Source: Thermoplasmata archaeon
Lineage (GTDB): Archaea > Thermoplasmatota > Thermoplasmata > Lutacidiplasmatales > UBA184
Assembly: GCA_028864975.1 (NCBI GenBank)
Contig: JAGWLG010000012.1
Span: 5,986 to 69,985, forward strand
Direction of reading: 5' to 3'
Length of the DNA stretch: 64,000 bases
The position numbers and the translations under genes were made by a program. The notes under the pieces are model-generated. The model made no database searches, was not told the DNA's origin, and saw nothing but the letters and a program-made list of their open reading frames with translations. Numbering within the stretch: position 1 is the first letter of the stretch; each line of letters begins with the position of its first letter. Below, piece by piece: positions 1 through 9,758 of the stretch.

Positions 1-910
1 GAAGGTAGGCCATCATGATGGTCCCCAGGCCGACGACCTCACCGTGCAGCGCACGGCCGGGGGCGATGCGCTCGAGAGCGTGGGCGAACAGATGCTCCGA
101 GCCCGATGAAGGCCGGGAAGAGCCTGCCATGCTCATCGCGATCCCGCTCATGATGATCGGACGGATCGCGATCCAGACGCTCTCCTCTTTGCCGGGGCGG
201 ATGTCGCGGGCATGGTCGAGGATCCCGTGGGCAGCGTACTCTGCCAGGGCGGCCGAGCTCGAAGCGAAGTCCTCGTTGCGCAGACGGTGCGCAAGCTGCC
301 AGTCGAGGACCGCGGTCACGTTCGAGATCACGTCCGCGCATCCGGCCGCAAGGTAGCGGTAGGGTGCCCGTACGAGTACCGAGGTGTCGGCGACGATGGC
401 CTCGGGGACCGCGGCTTCGATGGAGAAGGCCTCACGCGACCCCTTGAGCGATGCGCGCGGAGAGGAGATCCCATCGTGGGCCGCCGAAGTGGGAACCGAG
501 ATGAACGGGATCCGCTGACGAGCAGCAACGGTCTTCGCGAGGTCGATCTTGCTACCTCCACCGACCCCCACCAAGAACCGTATCCCCTGCTGTTCGACCT
601 CGGAAGCGATCCGAGCGACCTCGTCCAGGGTGGCGTCCCCTGCGGGGATGATCCGGACCTTGAGCCCGGAGCTCTCCAAGAGGTGCCCTACGCGGTCGCC
701 CGCGATGGCCTGCGTCGTCGGGCCTGTGATGACGGCCCCAGGACCCACGAACCCTAGTGTCTGGCAAATCTTGGGAAGTTCTTCGAGCACCCCGTGACCC
801 GCGAGGACGGTGCGGGGGAAGTTCATCGTCCGGACCTTGTGGAAGTCCTCCAGAGGACCGCCTGCGGCGGTCGCCGCGGCCCGGAGCGGACTTGCTCCGC
901 CAGTAACCAT
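1..910 (-). CDS. egsA: sn-glycerol-1-phosphate dehydrogenase (archaeal lipid backbone enzyme); the 3' end runs off the window
   Basis: Absent from the ORF track because there is no stop in the window. My reverse-strand translation from the ATG at 910 gives MVTGGASPLRAAA..MNFPRTVLAGHGVLEELP..GVGGGSKIDLAKTVA..FISVPTSAAHDGISSPRASL..SGSEHLFAHALERIAPGRALHGEVVGLGTIMMAYL. These are the Fe-ADH-fold G1PDH motifs. An alternative start is the ATG at 826 (MNFPRTV). Confidence 0.85.
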   Translation of the reverse strand, partial: MVTGGASPLRAAATAAGGPLEDFHKVRTMNFPRTVLAGHGVLEELPKICQTLGFVGPGAVITGPTTQAIAGDRVGHLLESSGLKVRIIPAGDATLDEVARIASEVEQQGIRFLVGVGGGSKIDLAKTVAARQRIPFISVPTSAAHDGISSPRASLKGSREAFSIEAAVPEAIVADTSVLVRAPYRYLAAGCADVISNVTAVLDWQLAHRLRNEDFASSSAALAEYAAHGILDHARDIRPGKEESVWIAIRPIIMSGIAMSMAGSSRPSSGSEHLFAHALERIAPGRALHGEVVGLGTIMMAYL

Positions 911-1024
911 TAGACTCGAGGCAGGACGGCCCTCTAAAGAAGGTGACGGGGGCTGCCCGTGAAATGCGGGCTGCTCCGAAGGGGTCCCCGCGCTCTGTGC
1001 AGGGAAGCCGACCGGAGATAGTGG

Positions 1025-4000
1025 TTACCTTCTACCACCGAACGGGTCAGGAGCCCGCTCGTCCTGCCCCGGACCCATAGGCTGGAGCGGGGCGACCGGG
1101 GCGGGAGCTGGACCGGGTGGTCCTGCCATCGGAGCGGGCTCGTAGGTCATCGCGGGGCCCGGCGTTGAAGCGGCCGCGTCCTCCTCATGGTGGTGGCGCG
1201 GCCCACGCTTGACCGCGAGCGCGATCAACAGAGCGGCCACCAGTACCACGACGATGAGGAGCAGGAAGGTGTCGGTCCACGAAAGCCCGAAGGGTCCCAC
1301 ATTGGGAGAGGGGGGCGGGGGAGGCGCACCGGTGACGGTGATCGTGATGCCCGCGGAGGCGGTGTGCCCCGGGCTCGCGCTGTCCGTTGCGGTCACGGTC
1401 ACCGTGAAGCTCCCGGCAGACTGATACGTGTGGGAGACCGCGAGGCCGGACCCCGCCGCCGAGCCGTCCCCAAAGTTCCAGGAGTAGGTGTAGGGGGCGG
1501 TGCCTCCTGAGGCCGCCGCGGCAAAGTTGACCGACAACGGCGCGGCTCCAGACTGCGGCGCTGAGGTGATGGCCACCGACATCCCCGCGGAGGTCTGAGG
1601 GCTCACGTCGACCCCGAACTGCTTGCTGTAGTGCCCGCTCGCGGAGTCGTTCACGAATAGGGTGATCGTGTACTGTCCCAGAGCGGAGTAGATGTGCGAC
1701 GGAGGGTTTCCCCCCGAAGTCGAGGCAGAGCCATCGCCCCACGTCCAAGCGATCGCGTAGGGGGAGGTCCCACCCGTCCCGGCACCTTGGCAAGCGACGT
1801 TCAGTGGGAGGTAGCCCGTCAGGGGGGTGCACGACCCTTGCCCTGAGAGCGGAGTGCCCGTCGTCCCTGTGACGTTGATCCCATGTCCCCTGATCAAGAG
1901 TGTGTGCTGGGGGGAGGCGCTGTCGGTAACATACAACGTTGGGAAGTATGGGCCCCCGGCGGTCGAGTAGGTGTAGGTGAAGCTCGGGTTCGCCCCGGAC
2001 GTCGTCTGAGAAGCGCTGCCGTCCCCGAAGTTCCACACGTCGGTGTAGGGGCCGGTCCCGCCATTAACCGAGCCCGTGAACGACACTGAGAGGGGTGATG
2101 CCCCTGAGTTTGCTGACTGAACGAAGGACGCCTGCAGCGGGACTGGTCCTGTGGTGACGCTGATAGCCGCGGTCTTGGTCTGGACCGTCGCCGGCCCGTT
2201 GGTCACCGTGACCGTCAGGGTCTCCGCTCCGGCCGCTGTCCCCCCGGTGAACCACGTGTCGGTGCTGTAGCCTGAGGCTGAGGTCACGTTGACCGACCCT
2301 TCCGTGCTCGAAGAGAGGGACCAAGTGTAATGGGTGTTGGTATAGAGCGGATTGCCGTACTGGTCGAGCCCCGTCGCGATGAAGGGCGAGGTGTCCAGGG
2401 TCCCCGTCGCAACGGTCGCCGTGGGAGGCGTCAGGGTCGCGCTTGTGAGGACCGGTGGCGGGAGCGAGCCCTTAACCACCTGCAGCCACGTGCACGAGGT
2501 GACCGTGTTCGGGGTGGGGCTCCCGTAGGTTACATTGAGGCAAACCGTAACGTTCCCTGGCTGCGGCCCGTTCGAATAAGCGACCGCAGTTCCCGAGGTC
2601 TTGTTCAGATTCCCCACCAGGTTGAGAGCGTTCCATGCGAACGTGGCGGACGGTGGCCAGACCAAGCTCCCAGTGGAGGAGGTCGCCGTCGCGTTGAAGT
2701 AGACCACTTTGTTCACGAGGGCTGTCGCCGTGGGGCTGGGTGTAACCGAGACGGTCGAGAGGGTGACCGTCGAGGTCACGGTGATGGCCGCGCAGGCCAG
2801 TAAGGTCACAGAGTTGTAGGTCGCGTTCTCACAGATGTGGCCGCCCCCAGCTGAGGACGGGGCGGTGTAAGTGACGCTCGAGCCGGTGCTCGGCGAGACG
2901 GAGCCAATAGAAGGGTTGGACCAGGCCCACGTGGCTCCCGTGATCGGGTTGCCGGAGGCATCGAGGGCGTTCGCCGTCAGGGAAACGGTACCACTAGTTT
3001 GGGAGGTGATCGGACTGGGCGAGATCGCGGTCGACGTGAGCGTTTGTGCGCCCGTTCCCGTGTTGCACGGGACGCGGGGGTCATGGCACCGCCAGACCGG
3101 CTCCAAGGGGTTCCCCTCGGCCAGCTGGTCGTTCTGCTGCATCGGGAAGGTGGTGATCGCACCGATCGAGCTGCTGAAGCTCGTCGGGTTGACGTTCATT
3201 TCGACACGTTCCATGACCGCCAAAACGTTGGAGGTGTTGAACGTCTGATGGACGATGTTCCCGCAGGTCCCGCTCGTGAGCCCACAGGAGGAGGGGTTGG
3301 GGTTGCCCGTCTTCATCACGCTCGGGTCGGCGATCAGGACGAAGGGGAACCGGCGCCCGTTGTTGATGTGGTCGCCGCCGTTCTGACCGTTCTGCGTGTC
3401 ATCCTGCGCCACGGCAATGACCGTGCTCTTCGCCCAGGCCGAGTTGTTCTCGATCGCGTTCACGACCAAGTTCATCGATTGGTCGTTCCACTGGATGCAC
3501 TGGGCATCCGTGAACGCGGAGCCGCAGGACGAACCGGGGTGGTCATCGAATAGCTCGACGAAGGAGTAGGTGGGGAGCCCGTAGTCGCTTAGGAAGCTGA
3601 TGTACGAGTAGGCGGACCACTGGTCCAAGAGAGGGGACTGAGCGTTGCAGGTATACTGACAGTCCCAGAGCATCTCGGGGATGCCAGTAGCAGGGTTGGT
3701 GGTGGGGGGGATGGCGCTCACGGACGAACCGTTGGTCCAGAATCCGTTCGAACCTGTACAGGAGGTGTATTCCACGGCCTTGCTGTTGCCGGGGAGGCTG
3801 CCCGGGATGCCGCCCGTCCGAGCGACGGAGCAAGAGGCCCCGCTCAACATCCACATCCAGTCCTCCTCCGAGAGGAAGGGGATCGGTCCGCCAGACTGCT
3901 TCACATTAGCACCAGTGAATCGGTCGAAGATGGTCCCGTCGGGCGGGTAGGTCTGGGACCCACTGTTAGGGGAGAACGAGCACGATCCTTTGACGACGTT

Positions 4001-4546
4001 CGAGGAGTTGTAGACCCCCCACTCTGTCCCGGACCCGGTCCCTTGGACACTGCTCGCGCAGCTGTCGCTGCCTCCGTTCACATCTGCGGAAATGAGGTAG
4101 GCGTGGGCCTGGGTGGAGTAGGGATCAATGGAGGAATACATGTTGTCGAAGACCGTCCCCTTTTGCCCCCAAGAGTGGAGGAACGGGGTGTCAGTTACGT
4201 GGGACCCGCTGGCCCCTCCGTTGTACCCTCCGGCGGTGTAGTCCGCGCCATAGTTGCAGGTTTTGTTGATCGTGGAGTGACAGTCGCCGAGGTAATCGTC
4301 GAAGACGTGGTTCTCGCGCACGATGTAGACGAAGTGGGTGAGGTTGCTCGGGAAGAGCGGGAGCCCGCTGACCAGGGGTGTCAGGTCGGCGGGTGCGGTT
4401 CCCCTTCCGGGTGCAGCGGCCAATGCGACGTCAGGAGCAGAAGTCCCCTGGGCCGACCCCGCGAACGCGGAGGTCAGCATCACGAAGGCGACGATTACCG
4501 CAAGGCCAGCCCAGAGTCGCAGGGGAATCCTCATGAAGGACCTCAC
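1025..4546 (-). CDS. Membrane-anchored extracellular phosphoesterase (PLC/AcpA-type) fused to Big_2-like and PKD domains
   Basis: 1173-aa ORF with an N-terminal signal/anchor (LWAGLAVIVAFVMLTSAFAGSAQG). FVYIVRENHVFDDYLGD and the following ~400 aa look like the phosphoesterase family. About four Big_2-like Ig domains follow, then three PKD domains carrying W-x-(F/W)-GDGS (VWNFGDGSA, WTWGDGSA, SWNFGDGSA). The C terminus has a TM helix (FLLLIVVVLVAALLIALAV) and a Pro-rich tail ending in GGRR. Confidence 0.85.
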   Translation of the reverse strand: MRSFMRIPLRLWAGLAVIVAFVMLTSAFAGSAQGTSAPDVALAAAPGRGTAPADLTPLVSGLPLFPSNLTHFVYIVRENHVFDDYLGDCHSTINKTCNYGADYTAGGYNGGASGSHVTDTPFLHSWGQKGTVFDNMYSSIDPYSTQAHAYLISADVNGGSDSCASSVQGTGSGTEWGVYNSSNVVKGSCSFSPNSGSQTYPPDGTIFDRFTGANVKQSGGPIPFLSEEDWMWMLSGASCSVARTGGIPGSLPGNSKAVEYTSCTGSNGFWTNGSSVSAIPPTTNPATGIPEMLWDCQYTCNAQSPLLDQWSAYSYISFLSDYGLPTYSFVELFDDHPGSSCGSAFTDAQCIQWNDQSMNLVVNAIENNSAWAKSTVIAVAQDDTQNGQNGGDHINNGRRFPFVLIADPSVMKTGNPNPSSCGLTSGTCGNIVHQTFNTSNVLAVMERVEMNVNPTSFSSSIGAITTFPMQQNDQLAEGNPLEPVWRCHDPRVPCNTGTGAQTLTSTAISPSPITSQTSGTVSLTANALDASGNPITGATWAWSNPSIGSVSPSTGSSVTYTAPSSAGGGHICENATYNSVTLLACAAITVTSTVTLSTVSVTPSPTATALVNKVVYFNATATSSTGSLVWPPSATFAWNALNLVGNLNKTSGTAVAYSNGPQPGNVTVCLNVTYGSPTPNTVTSCTWLQVVKGSLPPPVLTSATLTPPTATVATGTLDTSPFIATGLDQYGNPLYTNTHYTWSLSSSTEGSVNVTSASGYSTDTWFTGGTAAGAETLTVTVTNGPATVQTKTAAISVTTGPVPLQASFVQSANSGASPLSVSFTGSVNGGTGPYTDVWNFGDGSASQTTSGANPSFTYTYSTAGGPYFPTLYVTDSASPQHTLLIRGHGINVTGTTGTPLSGQGSCTPLTGYLPLNVACQGAGTGGTSPYAIAWTWGDGSASTSGGNPPSHIYSALGQYTITLFVNDSASGHYSKQFGVDVSPQTSAGMSVAITSAPQSGAAPLSVNFAAAASGGTAPYTYSWNFGDGSAAGSGLAVSHTYQSAGSFTVTVTATDSASPGHTASAGITITVTGAPPPPPSPNVGPFGLSWTDTFLLLIVVVLVAALLIALAVKRGPRHHHEEDAAASTPGPAMTYEPAPMAGPPGPAPAPVAPLQPMGPGQDERAPDPFGGRR

Positions 4547-4572
4547 CAGACAGTGCGCCGATTTTTCCCGTC

Positions 4573-4580
4573 ATATATAA
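4573..4580 (-). promoter_or_regulatory. TATA-like box upstream of the phosphoesterase gene
   Basis: The plus strand reads atatataa, so the minus strand reads TTATATAT. It is centred about 30 bp upstream of the ATG at 4546. This is one of the few A/T-only octamers in a very GC-rich region. Confidence 0.45.
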
Positions 4581-4724
4581 CTGAGGTCTGAGGCGAGACA
4601 ACACCGGTGCCGGTTTATGATAGGCCCGGGCGATTTTCGGTCCGAAGACCGTCAGGAGGACCCGGGGAATCAAGGCAAGGGCGGGTCCCGGGCGGTGGTT
4701 CGCTCCCTGAAAGCCCTCTTAGGA

Positions 4725-6086
4725 TCATCTCGCGTTAACGAACCGCTTTCGCGAACGATAGCGCCCGCGTCCTTTCATCGCGCGATGCTCGCGATGCTCC
4801 GGCTCGGTCCGTTCCCCGTCAGGCTTTCGGCGGCGGGGGGACAGCAGGACGAAGAAGGCCGACGCGGCCAAGAGCCCCGCGACGGCCGAGAGCGCGATCA
4901 CGCTCACCAGCGCCCAGTTCGTCCCCGTGGCGCCACAGAGGCCCTGACCGTCGACCCCCGGAACGTCCGCGGACGACAGGCCCGCGTCGGTGGTGTACCA
5001 CATGACCCCATCGCCCGACGCCACTCCCCAGGTGGTGTTGTAGAAGGAGAACGAGTAGATCTCTGGTATCTGGGGGACACCTTCCTCCACCCAACAGCTG
5101 CCCGCATCCGAAGTGTAGAACAGGTTGGCGTCCTCCGCTCCGACCCAGCCGTATCTTCCCTGCTCGACGAACAGAGCATGCGACCGCTGACCCGAGGTCA
5201 GTTGGGTGCCCGACCAGTTCGTCCCGTCGGAGCTCTCGAACAGCATGTCCTTCACCCCGAGCATCCAAGCGCTCGTGGGCCCGAGGGCGGCGATCGCGCT
5301 CGAGACGGTCCCCTGGCCTCCAGTGACGCCCGCCTCCCACGTCGCGCCCCCGTCCGAGGTGTAATACACCTGCCCGGGCGAAGGTCCGCCCTCGATCCAC
5401 CCATGATCGGGGTCGAAGAACGCCACGCTCCGGAGCTGGTCCCCCACCGGCGACGCGACCCCGGACCAGGTGTTGCCGCGATCTCGGCTGGTGAAGAGAC
5501 CCTGAGAGGTCCCCGCGTAGGCGAACCATGAATCGGCGAGATCCGGGAAGGCAAGTGTGGTGATGTTGCCGCTGAGTCCGGCCACTTGGAGGATCGACCA
5601 TGAGAGTCCCTGGTCGAGGGAGCGCAGCACCACGCCCGAGTTGCCGGCCGCCCAGAGGGTTCCCGAGGGGTCTCGGGCGAGGGTCAGGAGGCTGGTGGAA
5701 GCGACAGGGTCGGGGACCGACCCCCAGCTACGTCCTCCGTCGGTCGACCGGAGGATCGTGGCCTGGTAACCCACCGCCACAAGGACCTTTGCAGAGACAT
5801 AGGTCACGGAAGAGAGTACGGTCTGCGCAGAGCTGACGTTCGTCGGGACCTGCGCGAAGGTCCAACCACAGCTCGAGCTGTTGCAGAAAGGCACGGCCGC
5901 ATCGGCGGTGGCGGGAGCCGGCGAAAGAACGAAGATCACCGCGAGGAGCATCGCGAGGGCCAGGGACCTCCGGGCTCCCCTCGGCTCCGCGGGCCGAGAG
6001 CTGGCAGGGCGCCACAGGTGCGGGGACCCATGGACCCGACAGGAAGGAAGAGGTAGGATCGGCTGATCCCTTGTCTTCCCCACCAT
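4725..6086 (-). CDS. BNR/Asp-box repeat beta-propeller protein (Ycf48/sialidase-like fold), secreted and C-terminally membrane anchored
   Basis: This is the C-terminal 453 aa of ORF 4725..6776. It contains six S-x-D-x-G-x-x-W type boxes (STDGGRSW, SLDQGLSW, SRDRGNTW, TSDGGATW, SSDGTNW, TSDAGSCW). There is a signal-like segment (LALAMLLAVIFVLSPAPATADA) and a C-terminal TM helix (ALVSVIALSAVAGLLAASAFFVLL). I chose the ATG at 6086 (MVGKTRDQ) as the start because upstream of it the ORF overlaps queE. Confidence 0.8.
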   Translation of the reverse strand: MVGKTRDQPILPLPSCRVHGSPHLWRPASSRPAEPRGARRSLALAMLLAVIFVLSPAPATADAAVPFCNSSSCGWTFAQVPTNVSSAQTVLSSVTYVSAKVLVAVGYQATILRSTDGGRSWGSVPDPVASTSLLTLARDPSGTLWAAGNSGVVLRSLDQGLSWSILQVAGLSGNITTLAFPDLADSWFAYAGTSQGLFTSRDRGNTWSGVASPVGDQLRSVAFFDPDHGWIEGGPSPGQVYYTSDGGATWEAGVTGGQGTVSSAIAALGPTSAWMLGVKDMLFESSDGTNWSGTQLTSGQRSHALFVEQGRYGWVGAEDANLFYTSDAGSCWVEEGVPQIPEIYSFSFYNTTWGVASGDGVMWYTTDAGLSSADVPGVDGQGLCGATGTNWALVSVIALSAVAGLLAASAFFVLLSPRRRKPDGERTEPEHREHRAMKGRGRYRSRKRFVNAR

Positions 6087-6094
6087 ATTGACTC

Positions 6095-6724
6095 CTATCG
6101 GCCGGGGACGTCTCCCCAGAGCACCTTGTGTGTCTGGAGCATGAGCCTCACCTTCAAGCGGTCCTGGAGGACCCAGTCCGCGATTGCTCCGGCCGGCGAT
6201 CCCCAGACGGGCTGAATGACGGCCTGGGCCTTGCTCTGGTGCCGCTGCAGCACCGCCTTCGCATAGTCGTAGTCCGCCCGGTCGGCTACGACGAACTTCA
6301 GCACATCTCGGCGGCGAAGACGAGGGAGGTTCTCCCAGTGCATGCGTCGTTCCATTTTCGAGGATGGGCACTTCACATCGACACTGAGATGGGTCCGGGG
6401 GAACGGCAGGTAGGGGCCAACGTCGAGCGAACCTCCTGTCTCGATCGTTGTATCGTACCCTCGCCGGGCGAGCTCCCGCACCAACTTCACGCTCTCTCGC
6501 TGGAGGAGGGGCTCGCCGCCGGTGAGACATGCGTGGCGGGTGCCATGGCCCTCGACCTCCTCGAGGATCGAGGAGAGCGTCCGCTCCTCTCCTGGACCGA
6601 AAGAGTACGGCGTGTCGCACCACGTGCAACGAAGATTGCACCGTGCCGTCCGGATGAAGCTCGTGCGGACCCCGGTCAGGGGGCCCTCCCCCTGAAGCGA
6701 GTGGAAGATCTCGATGATGCGCAT
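6095..6724 (-). CDS. queE: 7-carboxy-7-deazaguanine synthase (radical SAM, archaeosine/queuosine precursor pathway)
   Basis: This is the last 209 aa of ORF 6095..9154: MRIIEIFHSLQGEGPLTGVRTSFIRTARCNLRCTWCDTPYS..CLTGGEPLLQ. It carries the QueE-type CxxxCxxC variant (C-x14-C-x2-C) and a GGEPL motif. The start is the ATG at 6724. Confidence 0.9.
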   Translation of the reverse strand: MRIIEIFHSLQGEGPLTGVRTSFIRTARCNLRCTWCDTPYSFGPGEERTLSSILEEVEGHGTRHACLTGGEPLLQRESVKLVRELARRGYDTTIETGGSLDVGPYLPFPRTHLSVDVKCPSSKMERRMHWENLPRLRRRDVLKFVVADRADYDYAKAVLQRHQSKAQAVIQPVWGSPAGAIADWVLQDRLKVRLMLQTHKVLWGDVPGR

Positions 6725-6776
6725 GGTGGAGCGAGCGGGAAGCCGGGGGCTTTCCCCTCGAATCCATCGGGAGCAA

Positions 6777-6784
6777 CTTATAGT
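6777..6784 (+). promoter_or_regulatory. TATA-like box in the queE/leuS divergent intergenic region
   Basis: cttatagt is centred about 32 bp upstream of the leuS ATG at 6812. It is the only A/T-rich element in the 87-bp spacer. Confidence 0.4.
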
Positions 6785-6811
6785 CGCGGGGTCCCCGGAG
6801 CCCCGCCGACC

Positions 6812-9748
6812 ATGACGGGGGAGATCGAATCCCGAGAGCGGGCGTGGCAGGCCCGATGGAAGGAGGTCGGTCTCGGGAAGGCCCGAGCGCAGCCCGGTCA
6901 CCCGAAGTTCTCCCTGGTCTTCGCCTACCCCGGTACCTCCGGGTTCATGCACGTCGGGCACATGCGCGGCTACACCTTCGCCGACATGATCGCCCGGTTC
7001 CACCGGATGAAGGGCGAGGAGGTCTTCTTCCCCGCCGGGATCCACGCGAGCGGACTGCCGGCCGTCATTTTTGCGGGGAAGGTGGCGCGACGCGACCCCG
7101 ACACGATCGAAGGTCTCAAGCACTGGGGGGCGCGCGACGAAGACCTTCCGGGGCTCGAGGACCCCGCAACCGCCTCCCGCTTCCTCGCTCGCACCTACTG
7201 GAAGGTCTGGGAGCGCTTCGGACTGATCCTGGACGAGAGCGCCAACGTCTCCACGATCGACTCGGACTACCAGCAGTTCATCCGATGGCAGTTCCTGCGG
7301 CTGGAGCGGCTCGGGCGCCTCGTTCAGAAGCCCTACTTCGCGGCCTTCTGTCCGCGCTCGGGCCCGGTGAGCGTCGACCCCTCCGAGACCGACCTCGAGC
7401 GGGGCGGGAACGCGGAGATCGTGGCGTATACGGCCCTTCCCTTCCGACTTCCTGACGGACGGTTCCTCCTGTGCGCCACGTTGCGACCCGAGACGGTGTA
7501 CGGGGCCACCAACGTCTGGGTCCCGACGGAAGGCTCGCTCTTCGAATGGAGTCACGACGGTCGCACGTACCTTGTCAGCGAGACCGGGCGAGAGAAGCTC
7601 CTCGAACAGGTGGGAGGGGAACGGGGCGCGGACGTCGCCGTGGACGCTCTCATCACTCAGGAAGTGGAGGCACCGCTCACCGGAGAGAAGATGCGCTTGC
7701 TGAAGAGCCCGCTCGTGGACCCCCACGTCGGGTCGGGGGCGGTGATGTCGGTCCCCGCCCACGCCCCCGCGGACTGGGTCGCGGTGCAGGAGCTTGAGGA
7801 ACCGACGCGAAGTCTCCTGGCCTCCCACGCCAAGGTGCTGCTGACACTCCCCGAAGAGAGTCTCGCCCCCTCCGAACGAGAGCTCTTTCGAGGCGACGGG
7901 CCCCCCGCAGCCCAGGCGGTGCGCTCTCTCGGGGTCAAGGGGCTCTCCGACACCGAGAGGCTCCAGGAGGCCACGGAGCGGGTGTATCGCGCCGAGCACG
8001 CCCACGGCGTCATGACCGTCCTCGGCCATGAAGGGGAGAGCGTGCAGCGTGCCCGCGAACGGGTCGCGGAGGCGGCGCTCGCTCGCGTCGGGGCGGTGGA
8101 GATCCGGGAGTTCTCCGAACCGGTCGTCTGCCGATGCGGAGAGACCGTGATCATCCGAAAGGTTCCGGACCAATGGTTCCTCGCCTATGGCAACGGCGGG
8201 TGGAAGGACCAGGTCCGAGCCCACCTGCGAGGGATGTCGGTCTACCCGGCAGAGTACCGGGACGAGCTTCCCCGCATCCTGGACTGGTTCGAGGACCGCC
8301 CCGCGGTCCGTCGAGGGAAGTGGTTGGGCACCCCCTTCCCCAAGGACCCGCGCTGGATCATCGAACCGATCGCCGACTCGACCTTCTACCCCGCGTACTA
8401 CGTGGTCCGACGCTTCGTCTCCGCCGGGAAGCTCAAGGTAGAGGAGCTTACCCCCGAGTTCTTCGACTACGTCTTCCGAGGCGAGGGGGATGGAGGGGGC
8501 CACGTAGGCTCGGACCTTCTGGAGGAGGTACGCCGGGAGTTCCTGTACTTCTACCCCCTGGACCTCAACCTCGGCGGCAAGGAACACAAGCGGGTCCACT
8601 TCCCTCCTTTCCTCTACAACCACGTGGCCCTCCTCCCCCCCGAGCTCTGTCCCCGCGGGATCTTTGTGAACTGGTGGATCACCCGCGACCAGGCCAAGGT
8701 CTCGAAGAAGGACATCAAGGGCGGGGCGCTCCCGACGGTGGACCGGGCCCTTTCCGACCTTGGGGCCGACGGGCTCCGCCTCTACTACGCGATCGCTTCC
8801 ACGTCCTCCCAGGACATCGAGTGGGACCTTCCTTCGGCGGAACGGTACGCCGAGCGCGCCCAGGAGGCGCTCAGGTCCGTTCGGCCCCTCCTGGAAGGGC
8901 TGAGCTCGTGGACCCTCCCTTCGCTCGAGCTCTCGACCCACGTGGACCGATGGTTCTCGAGCGCCCTCGCGGGGGCCACGCGGCGCGCACGGGAAGCGTT
9001 CGAGGAGAACGACCTGCGTAGCGCGGCGGAAGTGGTCTACGTCGAGATCCCAGGCCTGATACGGAGGTACCGCGCCAAGGGCGGCAAGGAGGCGACGTTG
9101 CTGCGGGGGGCGGGGAGCCTCTGGGTCCGACTCCTCTCCCCCATCACCCCCCATCTGGCCGAGGAGGCGGCGAGCAGCTCGGGGCTGGGCCTCGTGGCGA
9201 CAGCCCCCTTCCCCGGACCTGACGTCCTCCCGATCTTCCCGGAAGCGATGGCCCGGGAGGCGATGGTCGACCTGCTGGAGGACGATGTGCAGTCCTTGCT
9301 CAAGGCCTGGAAGAGCCCGGTGGCCGAGCTACGGGTCTTTGTGGCCTCGGGATGGAAGACCGAGGCGGAACGCGCCTTGTTGGACGCTTTCCGAGGGGGG
9401 ACGGCGCACGACCTTGGGAGCGTGATGAAGGTCCTGCGGACGCATGAGACCCTGAAGTCCCACCTTCCTGACCTGCCTGCGTGGCTCAAGCTCTACGACC
9501 TTCGTGAGCTCGCCGTGGCATCGTCGAAGCGTGGCCCTCCTCTTGCTCCCGCGGAGGAACAGGCCCTGTGGAACGAGTCTGTGCCTTACCTTCGAGAGCG
9601 CTTCGGTCTGGCGACGGTCTCGGTCCTGAAAGAGGAGGACGCTGCTTCGGCGGATCCTAAGGGGCGACGGCTAAGGGCTCGCCCAGGTCGTCCGGCGCTC
9701 TTCTTGGTCGAGCCTGCGACCAAAGGGCTGCTCCCGGGCCCCCGGTGA
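6812..9748 (+). CDS. leuS: Leucyl-tRNA synthetase, archaeal/eukaryal type
   Basis: This is the 978-aa in-frame tail of ORF 6128..9748, starting MTGEIESRERAWQARWKE. It has the HIGH motif (FMHVGHMRGY), a KMSKS-like motif (AKVSKKD), an editing domain and an archaeal C-terminal extension. Confidence 0.95.
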   Translation: MTGEIESRERAWQARWKEVGLGKARAQPGHPKFSLVFAYPGTSGFMHVGHMRGYTFADMIARFHRMKGEEVFFPAGIHASGLPAVIFAGKVARRDPDTIEGLKHWGARDEDLPGLEDPATASRFLARTYWKVWERFGLILDESANVSTIDSDYQQFIRWQFLRLERLGRLVQKPYFAAFCPRSGPVSVDPSETDLERGGNAEIVAYTALPFRLPDGRFLLCATLRPETVYGATNVWVPTEGSLFEWSHDGRTYLVSETGREKLLEQVGGERGADVAVDALITQEVEAPLTGEKMRLLKSPLVDPHVGSGAVMSVPAHAPADWVAVQELEEPTRSLLASHAKVLLTLPEESLAPSERELFRGDGPPAAQAVRSLGVKGLSDTERLQEATERVYRAEHAHGVMTVLGHEGESVQRARERVAEAALARVGAVEIREFSEPVVCRCGETVIIRKVPDQWFLAYGNGGWKDQVRAHLRGMSVYPAEYRDELPRILDWFEDRPAVRRGKWLGTPFPKDPRWIIEPIADSTFYPAYYVVRRFVSAGKLKVEELTPEFFDYVFRGEGDGGGHVGSDLLEEVRREFLYFYPLDLNLGGKEHKRVHFPPFLYNHVALLPPELCPRGIFVNWWITRDQAKVSKKDIKGGALPTVDRALSDLGADGLRLYYAIASTSSQDIEWDLPSAERYAERAQEALRSVRPLLEGLSSWTLPSLELSTHVDRWFSSALAGATRRAREAFEENDLRSAAEVVYVEIPGLIRRYRAKGGKEATLLRGAGSLWVRLLSPITPHLAEEAASSSGLGLVATAPFPGPDVLPIFPEAMAREAMVDLLEDDVQSLLKAWKSPVAELRVFVASGWKTEAERALLDAFRGGTAHDLGSVMKVLRTHETLKSHLPDLPAWLKLYDLRELAVASSKRGPPLAPAEEQALWNESVPYLRERFGLATVSVLKEEDAASADPKGRRLRARPGRPALFLVEPATKGLLPGPR

Positions 9749-9758
9749 GCGCCCGACC

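Noticed and set aside
6087-6776. The N-terminal 230-aa extension of ORF 4725..6776 (the BNR protein).
   Set aside because: It overlaps queE in another frame and translates to Arg/Pro-rich junk. A signal peptide follows the ATG at 6086, which lies 9 bp downstream of the queE stop.
6725-9154. The upstream ~810 aa of the 1019-aa minus-strand ORF 6095..9154.
   Set aside because: Only the last 209 aa (QueE, from the ATG at 6724) look like a real protein. The rest is the antisense frame of leuS, which stays open because stop codons are rare in GC-rich DNA. Its Arg/Gly/Pro-rich translation has no recognisable motifs.
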